Assembly: GCA_900019385.1 (NCBI GenBank)
Contig: FIZJ01000011.1
Location: 96,603 to 160,602, forward strand
DNA: 64,000 nt
Reading direction: 5' to 3'
From: an uncultured Clostridia bacterium
GTDB taxonomy: Bacteria; Bacillota; Limnochordia; Darwinibacteriales; DTU012
Under the pieces are notes generated by a model. The model saw nothing but the letters and a program-made list of their open reading frames with translations, had not been told where the DNA came from and ran no database searches. Position numbers and translations under genes: made by a program. Numbering within the stretch: position 1 is the first letter of the stretch; each line of letters starts with the position of its first letter. Below are positions 19,716 through 29,288 of the stretch, piece by piece.

Positions 19716-20921
19716 ATGAACTTGCGGACACCGCGGGGCGTGAAAGATTTCCTGCCCTTGGAGGCGGAATGGAAGCTTGAGCTGGAACGGAAAATCCGCA
19801 GCGTCTTTCACCGCTGGGGGTATCAGGAAGTGATCTCCCCCACATTTGAGTTTTATGATTTGTTCGCCCAGGGCAGCGGTGATCAGCGCCAGGCGTACCG
19901 TTTCTTCGATCAGAACGGGGACCTGCTGGTTTTGCGATCTGATCTGACCACTCCCATCGCCCGGATGGTTGCCACCAGGCTCAAGGATGAAGCGAAGCCG
20001 CTGCGCCTCGGCTACATAGCCAATGTCTTTCGCTATGACGAGGTGCAGGTGGGGTTTCAGCGCGAGTTCTACCAGGCAGGCGTTGAACTTTTGGGCAGCA
20101 GTTCGGCGGCGGCGGATGCGGAAGCTGCCGCTTTGGCTGTGACCATCTTCAACCAGGTCGGCGTGTCCGGCTTCAAACTGGACCTGGGCCATACTGGTTA
20201 CATCCAAGGAGTTCTCAGTGAATGCCCCACCCAGCCTGTCAGAGAGAGAATCTGGCAGCTGCTGCGGAAGAAAGACCTGGTTGGGCTGAAGGCAGCCGTT
20301 ATGACAGGCGATTTGCCAGAGCATGTCAGAGTTCTGCTGTTGAATTTGCCCCATGCCCGGGGCGGAGCCAAACTCCTGGAAGAGGCATACGCCGGCGCCC
20401 CGAACGAAATGGCCCGGAACGCTGCCGCCAATCTGCGGGAGATTTATGCCCGGCTTCACGATTACGGCCTTGGAGCCCAGACCGAGATCGATCTCGGCAT
20501 GGTCAAATCCTTTGGCTATTACACTGGAATGGTCCTGGAGGGGTATGTCCCCCAGGTGGGCTTTACTCTGTGCAGCGGAGGGCGTTATGATCAATTGGGA
20601 ATGGGCTTCGGCAGCCATCTGCCCGCTGTCGGGTTTGCCCTTGGCCTGGAGCGGCTGATGCTGGCTTTGGAGCTGCAGGGGCTGCGGCCTGAGGCCAAAT
20701 CAGGCGGTGTCCTGATCCTGCCCCGTTCCTGGCCCCACGCTTTGGAATATGCCGCTGGTATGCGGGATCAGGGAATCAGGGTTGAGGTGGATACAGAAAA
20801 CCGGACCGAAGCCGAAGCGGCGGCATATGCCCGTCAGCGCCAGTTTGCCCGGGTGGTGGTTGTGGATGCAGCATCCATCAGAGAGCTGCCCCTTGATGGA
20901 GAGGAGGGCTCGCAGTGCTGA
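19716..20921 (+). CDS. hisZ: ATP phosphoribosyltransferase regulatory subunit
   Basis: PRGVKD, LRSDLTTPIAR, REFYQAGVEL, YYTG, GGRYD; precedes short hisG. Confidence 0.93.
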   Translation: MNLRTPRGVKDFLPLEAEWKLELERKIRSVFHRWGYQEVISPTFEFYDLFAQGSGDQRQAYRFFDQNGDLLVLRSDLTTPIARMVATRLKDEAKPLRLGYIANVFRYDEVQVGFQREFYQAGVELLGSSSAAADAEAAALAVTIFNQVGVSGFKLDLGHTGYIQGVLSECPTQPVRERIWQLLRKKDLVGLKAAVMTGDLPEHVRVLLLNLPHARGGAKLLEEAYAGAPNEMARNAAANLREIYARLHDYGLGAQTEIDLGMVKSFGYYTGMVLEGYVPQVGFTLCSGGRYDQLGMGFGSHLPAVGFALGLERLMLALELQGLRPEAKSGGVLILPRSWPHALEYAAGMRDQGIRVEVDTENRTEAEAAAYARQRQFARVVVVDAASIRELPLDGEEGSQC

Positions 20922-21544
20922 GAATCGCCGTGGCCAAGGGAAGGCTTCTGGACTCGTTTTTGGGGCTGCTGGAACAAGCCGGCTTTGAGTGCGGCGCTGT
21001 AGCCCAGGCTTCCCGGAAACTGGTAATCGATGTTGACAGGGCAAATCTCCGCTTCATCCTGGCCAAGCCGGCGGATGTCCCCACATATGTGGAGTATGGG
21101 GCCGCCGATTTGGGAGTTGTGGGCAAAGATATCCTCGTGGAAAGCGATAAAAACGTGGCCGAACTCGTCGATCTCAAATACGGGTTGTGCCGGCTGGTGG
21201 TGGCGGTGCCTAAAGCTTCAGGTATCAGCAAAGTGCAGGAATTGGACTTCAACAGCCGCGTCGCCAGCAAATACCCCCGCACTGCCGAGGAATTTTTCAA
21301 CAGCCGCGGCATTCAGGTGGAGATCATACCCCTTGCCGGCTCCATTGAGCTTGGGCCGATGGTGGGGTTGAGCGAGGCCATTGTAGATATAACCGAAACC
21401 GGCCGCACGCTGGCTGAAAACGGGCTAGTAGTGATCGAGACAATCATGCAAAGCACAGCGCGGCTTGTGGCCAACCGGATCAGCCTCAAAACACAGCGGG
21501 AAGCCATCGCGGCGCTGGCCGGCGCTCTGGAAAGGGTGATCTGA
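20915..21544 (+). CDS. hisG: ATP phosphoribosyltransferase, short form
   Basis: IAVAKGRL, DVPTYVEYGAADLGVVGKD, IVDITETGRTL. Confidence 0.95.
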   Translation: MLRIAVAKGRLLDSFLGLLEQAGFECGAVAQASRKLVIDVDRANLRFILAKPADVPTYVEYGAADLGVVGKDILVESDKNVAELVDLKYGLCRLVVAVPKASGISKVQELDFNSRVASKYPRTAEEFFNSRGIQVEIIPLAGSIELGPMVGLSEAIVDITETGRTLAENGLVVIETIMQSTARLVANRISLKTQREAIAALAGALERVI

Positions 21545-22896
21545 TGCGGATCGTCAATGTCAAAGACTATAAGTCGCTCGAGGAAGTAAGGCAGTTGGTG
21601 ACTAGGCCCCATCTAGAACAGGTGGAAGTCAGCGAGGCAGCCATGGAGCGCACCAGGCAGATTTTCGGCCGGGCGCTGACACCGCAGGAGGCCGTAGCCC
21701 AGATCCTTTCCGACATCGAAAGGGATGGGGACCAAGCCCTGCTGCGGTACATCGCCAGGATCGACGGGCAGGAATTGACAGCTGAGGAGCTTTTTGTCAG
21801 TGAAGCCGAGTTCGAGGAAGCGGAGTCCGCGGTCAGCCCGGAGTTTAAAGCAGCGCTGGCGGCGGCTGTCGCGAATGTCCGCCGCTATCACCAGAACCAA
21901 ATAGAACAAAGCTGGTTTGATTTCGGGCCTGACGGTGTCATCCTCGGCCAGAAAGTGACACCCCTCGAGCGGGTGGGGATATATGTTCCCGGCGGCAACG
22001 CCCCTTTGATTTCATCAGTGGTGATGAGTGCCGTCCCCGCACGGGTGGCGGGGGTTGGGCAGATTATCATGGCTACGCCCCTGAGAGGCCGTGTGTTGGA
22101 CCCACATCTTTTGGCGGCCGCCCGGTATTGCGGTGTCGATTATGTTCTCAAGGCCGGAGGCGCTCAGGCTGTCGCCGCATTGGCCTATGGGACCGAGACT
22201 GTGCCCAAGGTGGACAAGATCGTGGGGCCGGGGAATTTGTACGTCAGCCTGGCCAAAAAGATGGTCTACGGGCGGGTCGGAATCGAGGCAATCGCCGGGC
22301 CCAGCGAGATCCTGATTGTGGCCGACTCTTCAGCTCCTCCGGAATATGTGGCGGCTGATCTGCTGTCTCAGGCGGAGCACGACTGGGAAGCGTCTGCCGC
22401 CCTGATCACACCCAGCCTTGGACTCGCCTCTGAAGTGCAAAAACAAGTTGCCGAGCAGCTTGAAAAGCTCAGCACTGCTGATATTGCCGCCGCCGCTCTT
22501 GAGCGCTGGGGCCTGATCGTGATCACTGAAAATCTGGATCAGGCTTTGGAACTTGCCAACGTTTTCGCCCCGGAACACCTGGAACTGCTGGTGGATTCAC
22601 CCTGGGATTGTCTCGGGAAAATCAGGCACGCCGGAGCGATCTTTTTAGGCAAGCACGCCCCGGAACCGATTGGAGATTATATCGCCGGGCCGAACCATAT
22701 TCTGCCTACCAACGGCACAGCCAGGTTTTCGTCTCCTTTGTCAACCCATGATTTTGTCAAGCGTTCGAGCGTGATTTATTACACTGCGGCTGGACTTCGA
22801 AAACATGGGCCGGCGGCAGTGGAGATCGCCAACCGGGAAGGGTTGTCGGCCCACGCCAAGGCTATTCAAATCCGACTCGAGGGGGAGATAAAGTGA
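21544..22896 (+). CDS. hisD: Histidinol dehydrogenase
   Basis: GIYVPGG, GGAQA, IVGPGN, AGPSE, QAEH, APEHLE, GDYIAGPNHILPT. Confidence 0.97.
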   Translation: MRIVNVKDYKSLEEVRQLVTRPHLEQVEVSEAAMERTRQIFGRALTPQEAVAQILSDIERDGDQALLRYIARIDGQELTAEELFVSEAEFEEAESAVSPEFKAALAAAVANVRRYHQNQIEQSWFDFGPDGVILGQKVTPLERVGIYVPGGNAPLISSVVMSAVPARVAGVGQIIMATPLRGRVLDPHLLAAARYCGVDYVLKAGGAQAVAALAYGTETVPKVDKIVGPGNLYVSLAKKMVYGRVGIEAIAGPSEILIVADSSAPPEYVAADLLSQAEHDWEASAALITPSLGLASEVQKQVAEQLEKLSTADIAAAALERWGLIVITENLDQALELANVFAPEHLELLVDSPWDCLGKIRHAGAIFLGKHAPEPIGDYIAGPNHILPTNGTARFSSPLSTHDFVKRSSVIYYTAAGLRKHGPAAVEIANREGLSAHAKAIQIRLEGEIK

Positions 22897-23498
22897 GCGA
22901 CATGGACAGAACGCGCAGCGCCAGTGTTTCTCGTACCACGGCCGAAACAGATATCTCCATCAGCCTGGCCTTGGACGGATCAGGGCAAGCGTCGGTAAAG
23001 ACGGGCATCGGTTTTCTGGATCATATGCTTGCCGCCTTTGCCCGGCACGGCGGCTTTGATCTGACCGTTGAATGCCGCGGCGATCTGGAAGTGGACGGGC
23101 ACCACACTGTCGAAGATATCGGAATCTGCCTGGGGCAGGCTCTGCGGCAGTGCCTCGGGGACGGGTCTGGGATCGCCCGTTACGGAAACGCGTTTATTCC
23201 CATGGACGAAGCCTTGGTCCAGGTTGTGGTGGATCTTTGCGGCCGCAGTTTCGCCGCCCACAACTTAAGTTTCCCTCAAGAAAGGGTAGGGGATCTGGAC
23301 AGCTGCCTGATTCCCGAATTCCTTAGAGCTTTTGCCGTCCATGCCGGCATCACCGTTCATGTCCGGCAGCTGGCGGGGTTTAACGCCCACCATCTGATCG
23401 AAGCCTTTTTCAAAGCCTTCGGCCATGCCTTGAGGCAGGCCGCGGCAGCTGCCGATCCCGGCGGCATCCTGTCCACCAAAGGCAAGTTGGACTTTTAG
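22893..23498 (+). CDS. hisB: Imidazoleglycerol-phosphate dehydratase
   Basis: TGIGFLDHML, GDLEVDGHHTVED, PMDE, NAHHLIEA, STKG. Confidence 0.97.
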   Translation: MSDMDRTRSASVSRTTAETDISISLALDGSGQASVKTGIGFLDHMLAAFARHGGFDLTVECRGDLEVDGHHTVEDIGICLGQALRQCLGDGSGIARYGNAFIPMDEALVQVVVDLCGRSFAAHNLSFPQERVGDLDSCLIPEFLRAFAVHAGITVHVRQLAGFNAHHLIEAFFKAFGHALRQAAAAADPGGILSTKGKLDF

Positions 23499-23513
23499 GG
23501 AGCGGAGCAGGTT

Positions 23514-24236
23514 ATGCTGATTATTCCGGCGATAGATTTGATCGAAGGTAAATGCGTCCGCCTCGAGCAGGGAGATTATGCTAAAAAGACGGTGTACAGC
23601 GGCGATCCGGTTAAGGTGGCGGAAGAATTCGCCGCTGCCGGAGCAGAGCTGATCCACATTGTCGATCTTGACGGCGCCCGAGCGGGAAGCCCGCAGAATT
23701 TGGACGTGGTAAAAGCGATTGCCAGAACTGTTCCCGCCGCCGTTGAATATGGAGGCGGGCTGAGGGATCTGGCCGCCGTGGAGGCGGCTTTTGCCGCCGG
23801 CGCCGAGAGAGTTGTCCTTGGGACAGTTGTACTGGACGTGCCGGCCTGGTTTCTTAAGGCGGTTTCCAGATACGGTGAACGGATTGTGGTGGGGATCGAT
23901 GCCCGGGAAGGGAAAGTGGCGGTCAAAGGTTGGCGGGAAACCACAGATGTTTCTGCTTTGGATCTTGCTCTGCGCATTAAAGAGCTGGGAATCCAAGAGA
24001 TCATTTATACGGACATCGCCAGAGACGGGATGCTTAAGGGGCCTAACCTGAACGCTCTGCAGGGATTGGGCCGGGCTCAGCTCAAGATTGTGGCTTCCGG
24101 CGGGGTTTCTTCTCTGGCGGATATCGAGAACCTGAAGCGTCTGCGCTCCTTTGGGGTTTACGCGGCGATTATCGGCAAAGCCCTTTACACCAACCAGATC
24201 GATCTGGCGGAAGCGATCAGGCTTGCTCAAGCTTAG
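23514..24236 (+). CDS. hisA: ProFAR isomerase
   Basis: IPAIDL..VRLEQG, HIVDLDGA, GGGLR, TDIARDGML.GPN, ASGGV. Confidence 0.95.
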   Translation: MLIIPAIDLIEGKCVRLEQGDYAKKTVYSGDPVKVAEEFAAAGAELIHIVDLDGARAGSPQNLDVVKAIARTVPAAVEYGGGLRDLAAVEAAFAAGAERVVLGTVVLDVPAWFLKAVSRYGERIVVGIDAREGKVAVKGWRETTDVSALDLALRIKELGIQEIIYTDIARDGMLKGPNLNALQGLGRAQLKIVASGGVSSLADIENLKRLRSFGVYAAIIGKALYTNQIDLAEAIRLAQA

Positions 24237-24242
24237 CATGGA

Positions 24243-24908
24243 GTGGTGGAAATGGAACTTAAATTCAACGATCAAGGTTTGATTCCGGTGATTGTCAGGG
24301 ACCAGGAGGGCGAGGTCCTGATGCTGGCCTACATGAACCAGGAAGCGCTGGATCGGACACTGGCCACGGGATACACCTGGTTCTACAGCCGCAGCCGGCA
24401 GCGCCTGTGGCAGAAAGGCGAGAGCTCAGGCCACCGGCAGCGGGTAATCGGGATCGCGGCCGACTGCGATTACGACACGCTTTTGATTACCGTCGACCAG
24501 TTCGGCCCCGGCGCCTGCCATGAAGGGTACAAGTCGTGCTTCCACAATCCCATCAGAATAGAACTGGAGGCAGCTCCGGAGACAGGCGGCGAGCATCCTC
24601 CCGCGTTTGATCCGGAAGCGGTTTACGGCTCCCAGATTTTAAATGAACTTTACCAGCTGATTCGGGATCGCAAGGAACACCCACAGGACGGATCATACAC
24701 CAATTACCTGTTTGAGCACGGCATCGACAAGATCCTGAAAAAAGTCGGCGAGGAAGCAGCCGAAGTGATTATTGCCGCCAAAAATGAGGAGCAGGGGCAG
24801 TTGGTCTATGAAGTGAGCGATCTTGTGTACCATCTACTGGTCATGATGGTGGAGAAAGAGGTCACGCTCGGCCAGATCTGGCAGGAGCTTGCCTCTCGGA
24901 GAAAATAG
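24243..24908 (+). CDS. hisIE: Bifunctional PR-AMP cyclohydrolase / PR-ATP pyrophosphatase
   Basis: SRSR..LW.KGESSG, DCD.D, ACH.G..SCF; GSYT..KKVGEE. Confidence 0.95.
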   Translation: MVEMELKFNDQGLIPVIVRDQEGEVLMLAYMNQEALDRTLATGYTWFYSRSRQRLWQKGESSGHRQRVIGIAADCDYDTLLITVDQFGPGACHEGYKSCFHNPIRIELEAAPETGGEHPPAFDPEAVYGSQILNELYQLIRDRKEHPQDGSYTNYLFEHGIDKILKKVGEEAAEVIIAAKNEEQGQLVYEVSDLVYHLLVMMVEKEVTLGQIWQELASRRK

Positions 24909-24917
24909 AGTGAAAAA

Positions 24918-24942
24918 GCCGCCCGAGAAAAACCCGGGCGGC
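24918..24942. terminator. Hairpin between convergent hisIE and hydrolase genes
   Basis: GCCGCCCG..CGGGCGGC preceded by AAAAA (U-tract on the minus strand). Confidence 0.6.
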
Positions 24943-24958
24943 CATGCGGAAGGTGGAA

Positions 24959-25768
24959 TCATCTGAAGAAGCTGTGATTGCCGATCCTGATTTTTAACGG
25001 ATCTTTATACCACTGCTCCCACACCCAGGGGACTTTGCCGCCTGACCACTGCGGCACTTTGGCATGGGCAAAGAACCCGATTGCCCCTTTTGTGGGATCC
25101 CAGCCTGCCAGTGCGTTCCTGACTGCCCGCCGGGAGGTGTCGGTTGCCGGTTCATTGATTGTTCCGTTTTTGACCGGTTCAAATTGGTAATACTTGATAC
25201 CGTTGACAACCGTGACCTCATGAATCACATCCCAAATCGAGTTCGGATAACGGTGATCCAAAACTCTGTTGAGGACGACAGCCGCGACCGCCACTTGGCC
25301 TGTGAAACTCTCGCCTTGCGCTTCGGCCCGGACCAGTTGGGCCAAGCGCTCAAGCTCTGTGAAGGAGATGTCCGGGACCATGGCGATGTTTTGAATAGTC
25401 GGGCCGCTGACGATCACTTTGCAAGTCACAGTCTTGTACCAGCGTTTAGTGACGCGCATGGTGTAGATGCCGTCTGGAAGGTTTTTCACCTCGTAGGCGC
25501 CGTTTTTGATCGGGACAACCCGGCCGGCGATTTCCACTTGCCCTGATTGGAGCTTCACTTCTGGGAACCCCGCATCGTAGACTTCACCGACGAGAGTGCC
25601 GTAAGTAGGGACTGGTTCTTCGTCATCGGGTCCGCCGGGATCGTCATTGGGATCACCGGTCTCGTCAGGTGGTGTGAGATCAGGAAGCCCCAAGAGCGAG
25701 CATCCGGAAACCAAGACTGCGAGTATAAGTACGAAAAGCATTAAGAGAAACAAGTGCTTTTTGCCCAA
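24959..25768 (-). CDS. SleB/CwlJ-like (Hydrolase_2) cell-wall hydrolase lipoprotein with N-terminal beta-sandwich domain
   Basis: Lipobox LVSGC, D/P-rich linker, LAQLVRAEAQGE..GQVAVAAVVLNRV..YPNSI..YQFEPV.NG..IGNH.F; TTG start inferred. Confidence 0.85.
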   Translation of the reverse strand: MGKKHLFLLMLFVLILAVLVSGCSLLGLPDLTPPDETGDPNDDPGGPDDEEPVPTYGTLVGEVYDAGFPEVKLQSGQVEIAGRVVPIKNGAYEVKNLPDGIYTMRVTKRWYKTVTCKVIVSGPTIQNIAMVPDISFTELERLAQLVRAEAQGESFTGQVAVAAVVLNRVLDHRYPNSIWDVIHEVTVVNGIKYYQFEPVKNGTINEPATDTSRRAVRNALAGWDPTKGAIGFFAHAKVPQWSGGKVPWVWEQWYKDPLKIRIGNHSFFR

Positions 25769-25873
25769 ACAATTCACTTCCTTCCACCGCTGTAAAAAAT
25801 TATAATCTAAGTCAAGATTTCGCATTTGCCCAGCTAAACCCTGCTGGGAATTGATGACAGAAAGGAGCATGGC

Positions 25874-28003
25874 ATGGATTTTCTGCAAACCCTCAACCCA
25901 CGCCAAAAAGCGGCCGTGACTCATGGCGACGGGCCGCTGTTGGTGATTGCCGGCGCCGGCAGTGGGAAGACCAGGGTGCTCACATACCGGATCGCCTATT
26001 TGATCAGGCAGGGAATGGCCAGGCCGGATCAGATTCTGGCGGTCACCTTTACAAACAAGGCCGCTCAGGAGATGAAAGACCGGGTGGCCGGGCTTATCGG
26101 CGGCATTGCCAAAGGAGTCTGGGTCAGCACCTTTCACTCTGCCTGTGTCCAGATCTTAAGGGCACACAGCGATCGCATCGGATACAGCCGCAATTTCCAG
26201 ATCTTCGACACCGCCGACCAATTGGTGGTTGCCAAAGAGGCTCTGCAGGAATTGAATCTGGACCCGAAACATTTCGATCCCAAGGCCATTTTGGCAAGTA
26301 TCAGCAGTGCCAAAAACGAGCTTATCGGCCCTGCTGCCTATGAAGACCGGGCTGCGGATTTCTGGCAGCGCCAGGTCAGCCGGGTGTACCAGCTCTATCA
26401 GCAGAAGCTGGTTCAAAACAACGGCATGGATTTCGACGACTTGCTCATGCAGGCAGTGCATTTGTTCCGCACTCATCCTGATGTGCTGAAGACATACCAG
26501 GATCGTTTCCGCTATGTGCTCGTGGATGAGTACCAGGACACCAACCATGCCCAGTATGTGCTGGTAAGCCTCCTGGTGGCCCGGCACGGCAACCTGTGCG
26601 TGGTAGGCGACGACGACCAGTCGATCTATGGGTTCAGAGGGGCGGACATCCGCAACATCCTCGATTTCGAAAAGGATTTCCCCAACGCAGTGGTAATCAG
26701 GCTGGAACAGAATTACCGCTCGACCCAGAACATCCTCGACGCCGCCAACAACGTGATCGCCAACAATGTCGGGCGCAAAGGCAAGAACTTGTTCACCGAG
26801 AACGGCCCCGGAGAGAAACTCAGGCTCTACCAGGCCTACGATGAAAAGCAAGAAGCAGCCTTCGCGGCCAACACGATCGCCCGGGACACTTTTGCGTCCA
26901 AACGGCAGTACCAGGACTTCGCGATTTTGTACCGCACCCATGCCCAATCCCGGAGTTTTGAAGAGGAGTTCATGCGCCGAGGCATACCCTACCGGATTGT
27001 GGCGGGACTGCGGTTCTATGAGCGGAAAGAAATCAAGGATCTCTTGGCGTATTTGCGTCTCTTGGCCAATCCTTTGGACAACTACAGTTTCAAGCGGATT
27101 GTCAATGTCCCCAAGCGGGGCATCGGGCCCGGGACTTTGGCCAAGCTTGAGCACTTCGCCCAATCCCGGGGTTTGAGCCTTCTTCAGTCTTTGGATCAGA
27201 TCGATTCCGCCGGGCTCACGGAGAAGTACAAACGGGAACTGACGGCCTTCGGCGAACTATACCAAAGGTGGCGCCGGGAACTGGCCGGCCGGCCGGTGAC
27301 GGAGATCGCCGCCAGAATTCTGGAAGATACAGGTTACCGCAAAATGCTGATGGATGAGAGGTCGGTGGAGGCAGAGGCGCGTTTGGAGAACCTCAATGAG
27401 TTCATGAGTGTCACCAGGCAGTTTGATGAGGCGGAGGAAAACCAAGGCCTTGAGGAGTTCTTGGAGCAGATTGCCCTCATGTCCGAGGTGGACAATTATG
27501 ATCAAGAGGCCAATGCCGTCAGCCTGATGACTCTTCATGCGGCAAAGGGGTTGGAATTCCCTGTGGTTTTCCTGGTGGGGATGGAAGACGGGGTGTTCCC
27601 CAGCGCCCGCTCGATCTGGGAGCCGGGGCAGCTCGAAGAAGAACGCCGCCTGGCTTATGTGGGCTTGACCAGGGCAAAAGAAGAGGTTTATCTTACCTGC
27701 GCCTACCGGCGCACCTTATTTGGCACTACCAGCGAGAACCCTGTATCCTTGTTTGTCAAAGAGATTCCGGAAGAACTGCTGGACCCTGCGGCTGACCGGC
27801 CGGCAGCACCCGAGCCGGTTGAAATGTGGGATGCGGCTCCGGCCGTGGACATTCCCGATTTCCACGTGGGTGATCGGGTCTACCACAAGCACTTCGGCGA
27901 GGGGATCATCGTCGATATCAAGGCAGACATGATCAAGATCACCTTCGCCAACCGCCAGACCAAGCTGTTCGCGGCGTCCATCGCCCCGATTGAGAAGCTA
28001 TGA
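25874..28003 (+). CDS. pcrA: ATP-dependent DNA helicase PcrA
   Basis: AGAGSGKT, TFTNKAA, VDEYQDTN, VGDDDQSIYGFRGA, LEQNYRS, TLHAAKGLEF, EERRLAYVG. Confidence 0.97.
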   Translation: MDFLQTLNPRQKAAVTHGDGPLLVIAGAGSGKTRVLTYRIAYLIRQGMARPDQILAVTFTNKAAQEMKDRVAGLIGGIAKGVWVSTFHSACVQILRAHSDRIGYSRNFQIFDTADQLVVAKEALQELNLDPKHFDPKAILASISSAKNELIGPAAYEDRAADFWQRQVSRVYQLYQQKLVQNNGMDFDDLLMQAVHLFRTHPDVLKTYQDRFRYVLVDEYQDTNHAQYVLVSLLVARHGNLCVVGDDDQSIYGFRGADIRNILDFEKDFPNAVVIRLEQNYRSTQNILDAANNVIANNVGRKGKNLFTENGPGEKLRLYQAYDEKQEAAFAANTIARDTFASKRQYQDFAILYRTHAQSRSFEEEFMRRGIPYRIVAGLRFYERKEIKDLLAYLRLLANPLDNYSFKRIVNVPKRGIGPGTLAKLEHFAQSRGLSLLQSLDQIDSAGLTEKYKRELTAFGELYQRWRRELAGRPVTEIAARILEDTGYRKMLMDERSVEAEARLENLNEFMSVTRQFDEAEENQGLEEFLEQIALMSEVDNYDQEANAVSLMTLHAAKGLEFPVVFLVGMEDGVFPSARSIWEPGQLEEERRLAYVGLTRAKEEVYLTCAYRRTLFGTTSENPVSLFVKEIPEELLDPAADRPAAPEPVEMWDAAPAVDIPDFHVGDRVYHKHFGEGIIVDIKADMIKITFANRQTKLFAASIAPIEKL

Positions 28004-28019
28004 TACTGTCGCAGCACTG

Positions 28020-28069
28020 CGGCACTACGCCGGTGAGGAATCGCTCACGCGGCGGAGTGCCGTTTTTTT
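28020..28069 (+). terminator. pcrA terminator
   Basis: CGGCACT.CGCCG.GTGAG..CTCAC.CGGCG.AGTGCCG-TTTTTTT. Confidence 0.75.
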
Positions 28070-28135
28070 ATGCATACTGTTAAACAAGATCAAAGAATTA
28101 TTACCAGTATTTAACCAAAGGGTCAAAAAAGAGTG

Positions 28136-28165
28136 TTGCAATTATATACACCATGGTGGTATAAT
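28136..28165 (+). promoter_or_regulatory. arg operon SigA promoter with overlapping ARG-box-like site
   Basis: TTGCAA-18-TATAAT with TG extension; TGCAATTATATACA resembles an ArgR box. Confidence 0.55.
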
Positions 28166-28214
28166 TATCCCAATATATTCCACTGCGGCCAGGAGGCCGA
28201 AGGGAGTGAGACAG

Positions 28215-29252
28215 TTGATTAGAGCGGGTATTGTCGGAGCGTCGGGATATACGGGCGGTGAGCTGATCAGGCTGCTTCACGCCCATCCTGAGGTGGAGTT
28301 GACTGCTATTTCCTCCCGCACCTTCAGCGGCAAACAAGCCGGCGAGGTGTTCGGTTCACTAACGGGGTCGGGCTATAAGTTCGAGGATCTTTCCCCAGAG
28401 GAGATTGTCGCCAGGACGGACGTGATCTTTGTGGCGGCGCCCCACGGAGTGGCCATGGAGTATGCGCCGATAGCCTATGCGGCAGGCAAGAAAATGATCG
28501 ATTTGGGCCCGGACTTCCGGTTCAGGGACGCGTCCCTGTATGAGCAGTGGTACAAGATTCCCCACAGCTGCCCCCAGCTTTTGGCCGGAGCTGTGTACGG
28601 GCTGCCGGAGATTCACCGGCACGAGATAGCCGATGCCAAGATTATCGGCAACCCTGGCTGTTACCCTACCAGCATCATTCTGGCGCTGGCACCTCTTTTT
28701 GAAGCGGGCGCGGTGGCGGACAGCTTTGTGATCGCCGATTCCAAGTCCGGTATCAGCGGAGCCGGTAGAAAGGCGGATCCCGCCTACAGCTTTTGTGAAC
28801 TTACAGGTGAAGTGCGGCCGTATGGGGTTTTGCAGCACAGGCATGTGCCCGAGATCGAACAGGAACTGTCGCTTTTGGCCGGTGCCCCGGTCAAAGCCTT
28901 GTTCACGCCTCATCTTGTCCCCGTGATCCGGGGGATCGTCAGCACCATCTACGCCTGGATCAAGCCCGGCTACTCGGAGGAGTTGATCCGCGGCCTGTAT
29001 GAGGAGCGGTACAAGGATGAGCCGTTCATCATGCTGCTGGAACCAGGCCTCCACCCCGGCACCAAAGCTGTGGCCGGATCCAACCACTGCCACATATCGG
29101 TCGACTTCGATCCGGCCACCTCGACGGCAGTCATTGTTTCCGCCATAGACAATCTGGGGAAGGGAGCGGCATCCCAGGCGGTCCAGTGCATGAACATCAT
29201 GTTCGGGCTTGATGAGACCGCGGGGATCTCCGGGTATCCACCCTTCCCGTAA
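28215..29252 (+). CDS. argC: N-acetyl-gamma-glutamyl-phosphate reductase
   Basis: GASGYTG, YGLPE, NPGCYPT, SGISGAG, HRH.PE, DNLGKGAA. Confidence 0.96.
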   Translation: MIRAGIVGASGYTGGELIRLLHAHPEVELTAISSRTFSGKQAGEVFGSLTGSGYKFEDLSPEEIVARTDVIFVAAPHGVAMEYAPIAYAAGKKMIDLGPDFRFRDASLYEQWYKIPHSCPQLLAGAVYGLPEIHRHEIADAKIIGNPGCYPTSIILALAPLFEAGAVADSFVIADSKSGISGAGRKADPAYSFCELTGEVRPYGVLQHRHVPEIEQELSLLAGAPVKALFTPHLVPVIRGIVSTIYAWIKPGYSEELIRGLYEERYKDEPFIMLLEPGLHPGTKAVAGSNHCHISVDFDPATSTAVIVSAIDNLGKGAASQAVQCMNIMFGLDETAGISGYPPFP

Positions 29253-29288
29253 GACTACTGCCTAGGATCCACGACAGGAGGTATTCAT

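Noticed and set aside
25769-26137. N-terminal extension of the 392-aa minus-strand ORF
   Set aside because: It overlaps pcrA; the lipoprotein signal peptide and RBS point to a start near 25768
27990-28214. 75-aa N-terminal extension of ArgC
   Set aside because: It spans the pcrA terminator and the arg promoter; ArgC homology starts at 28215
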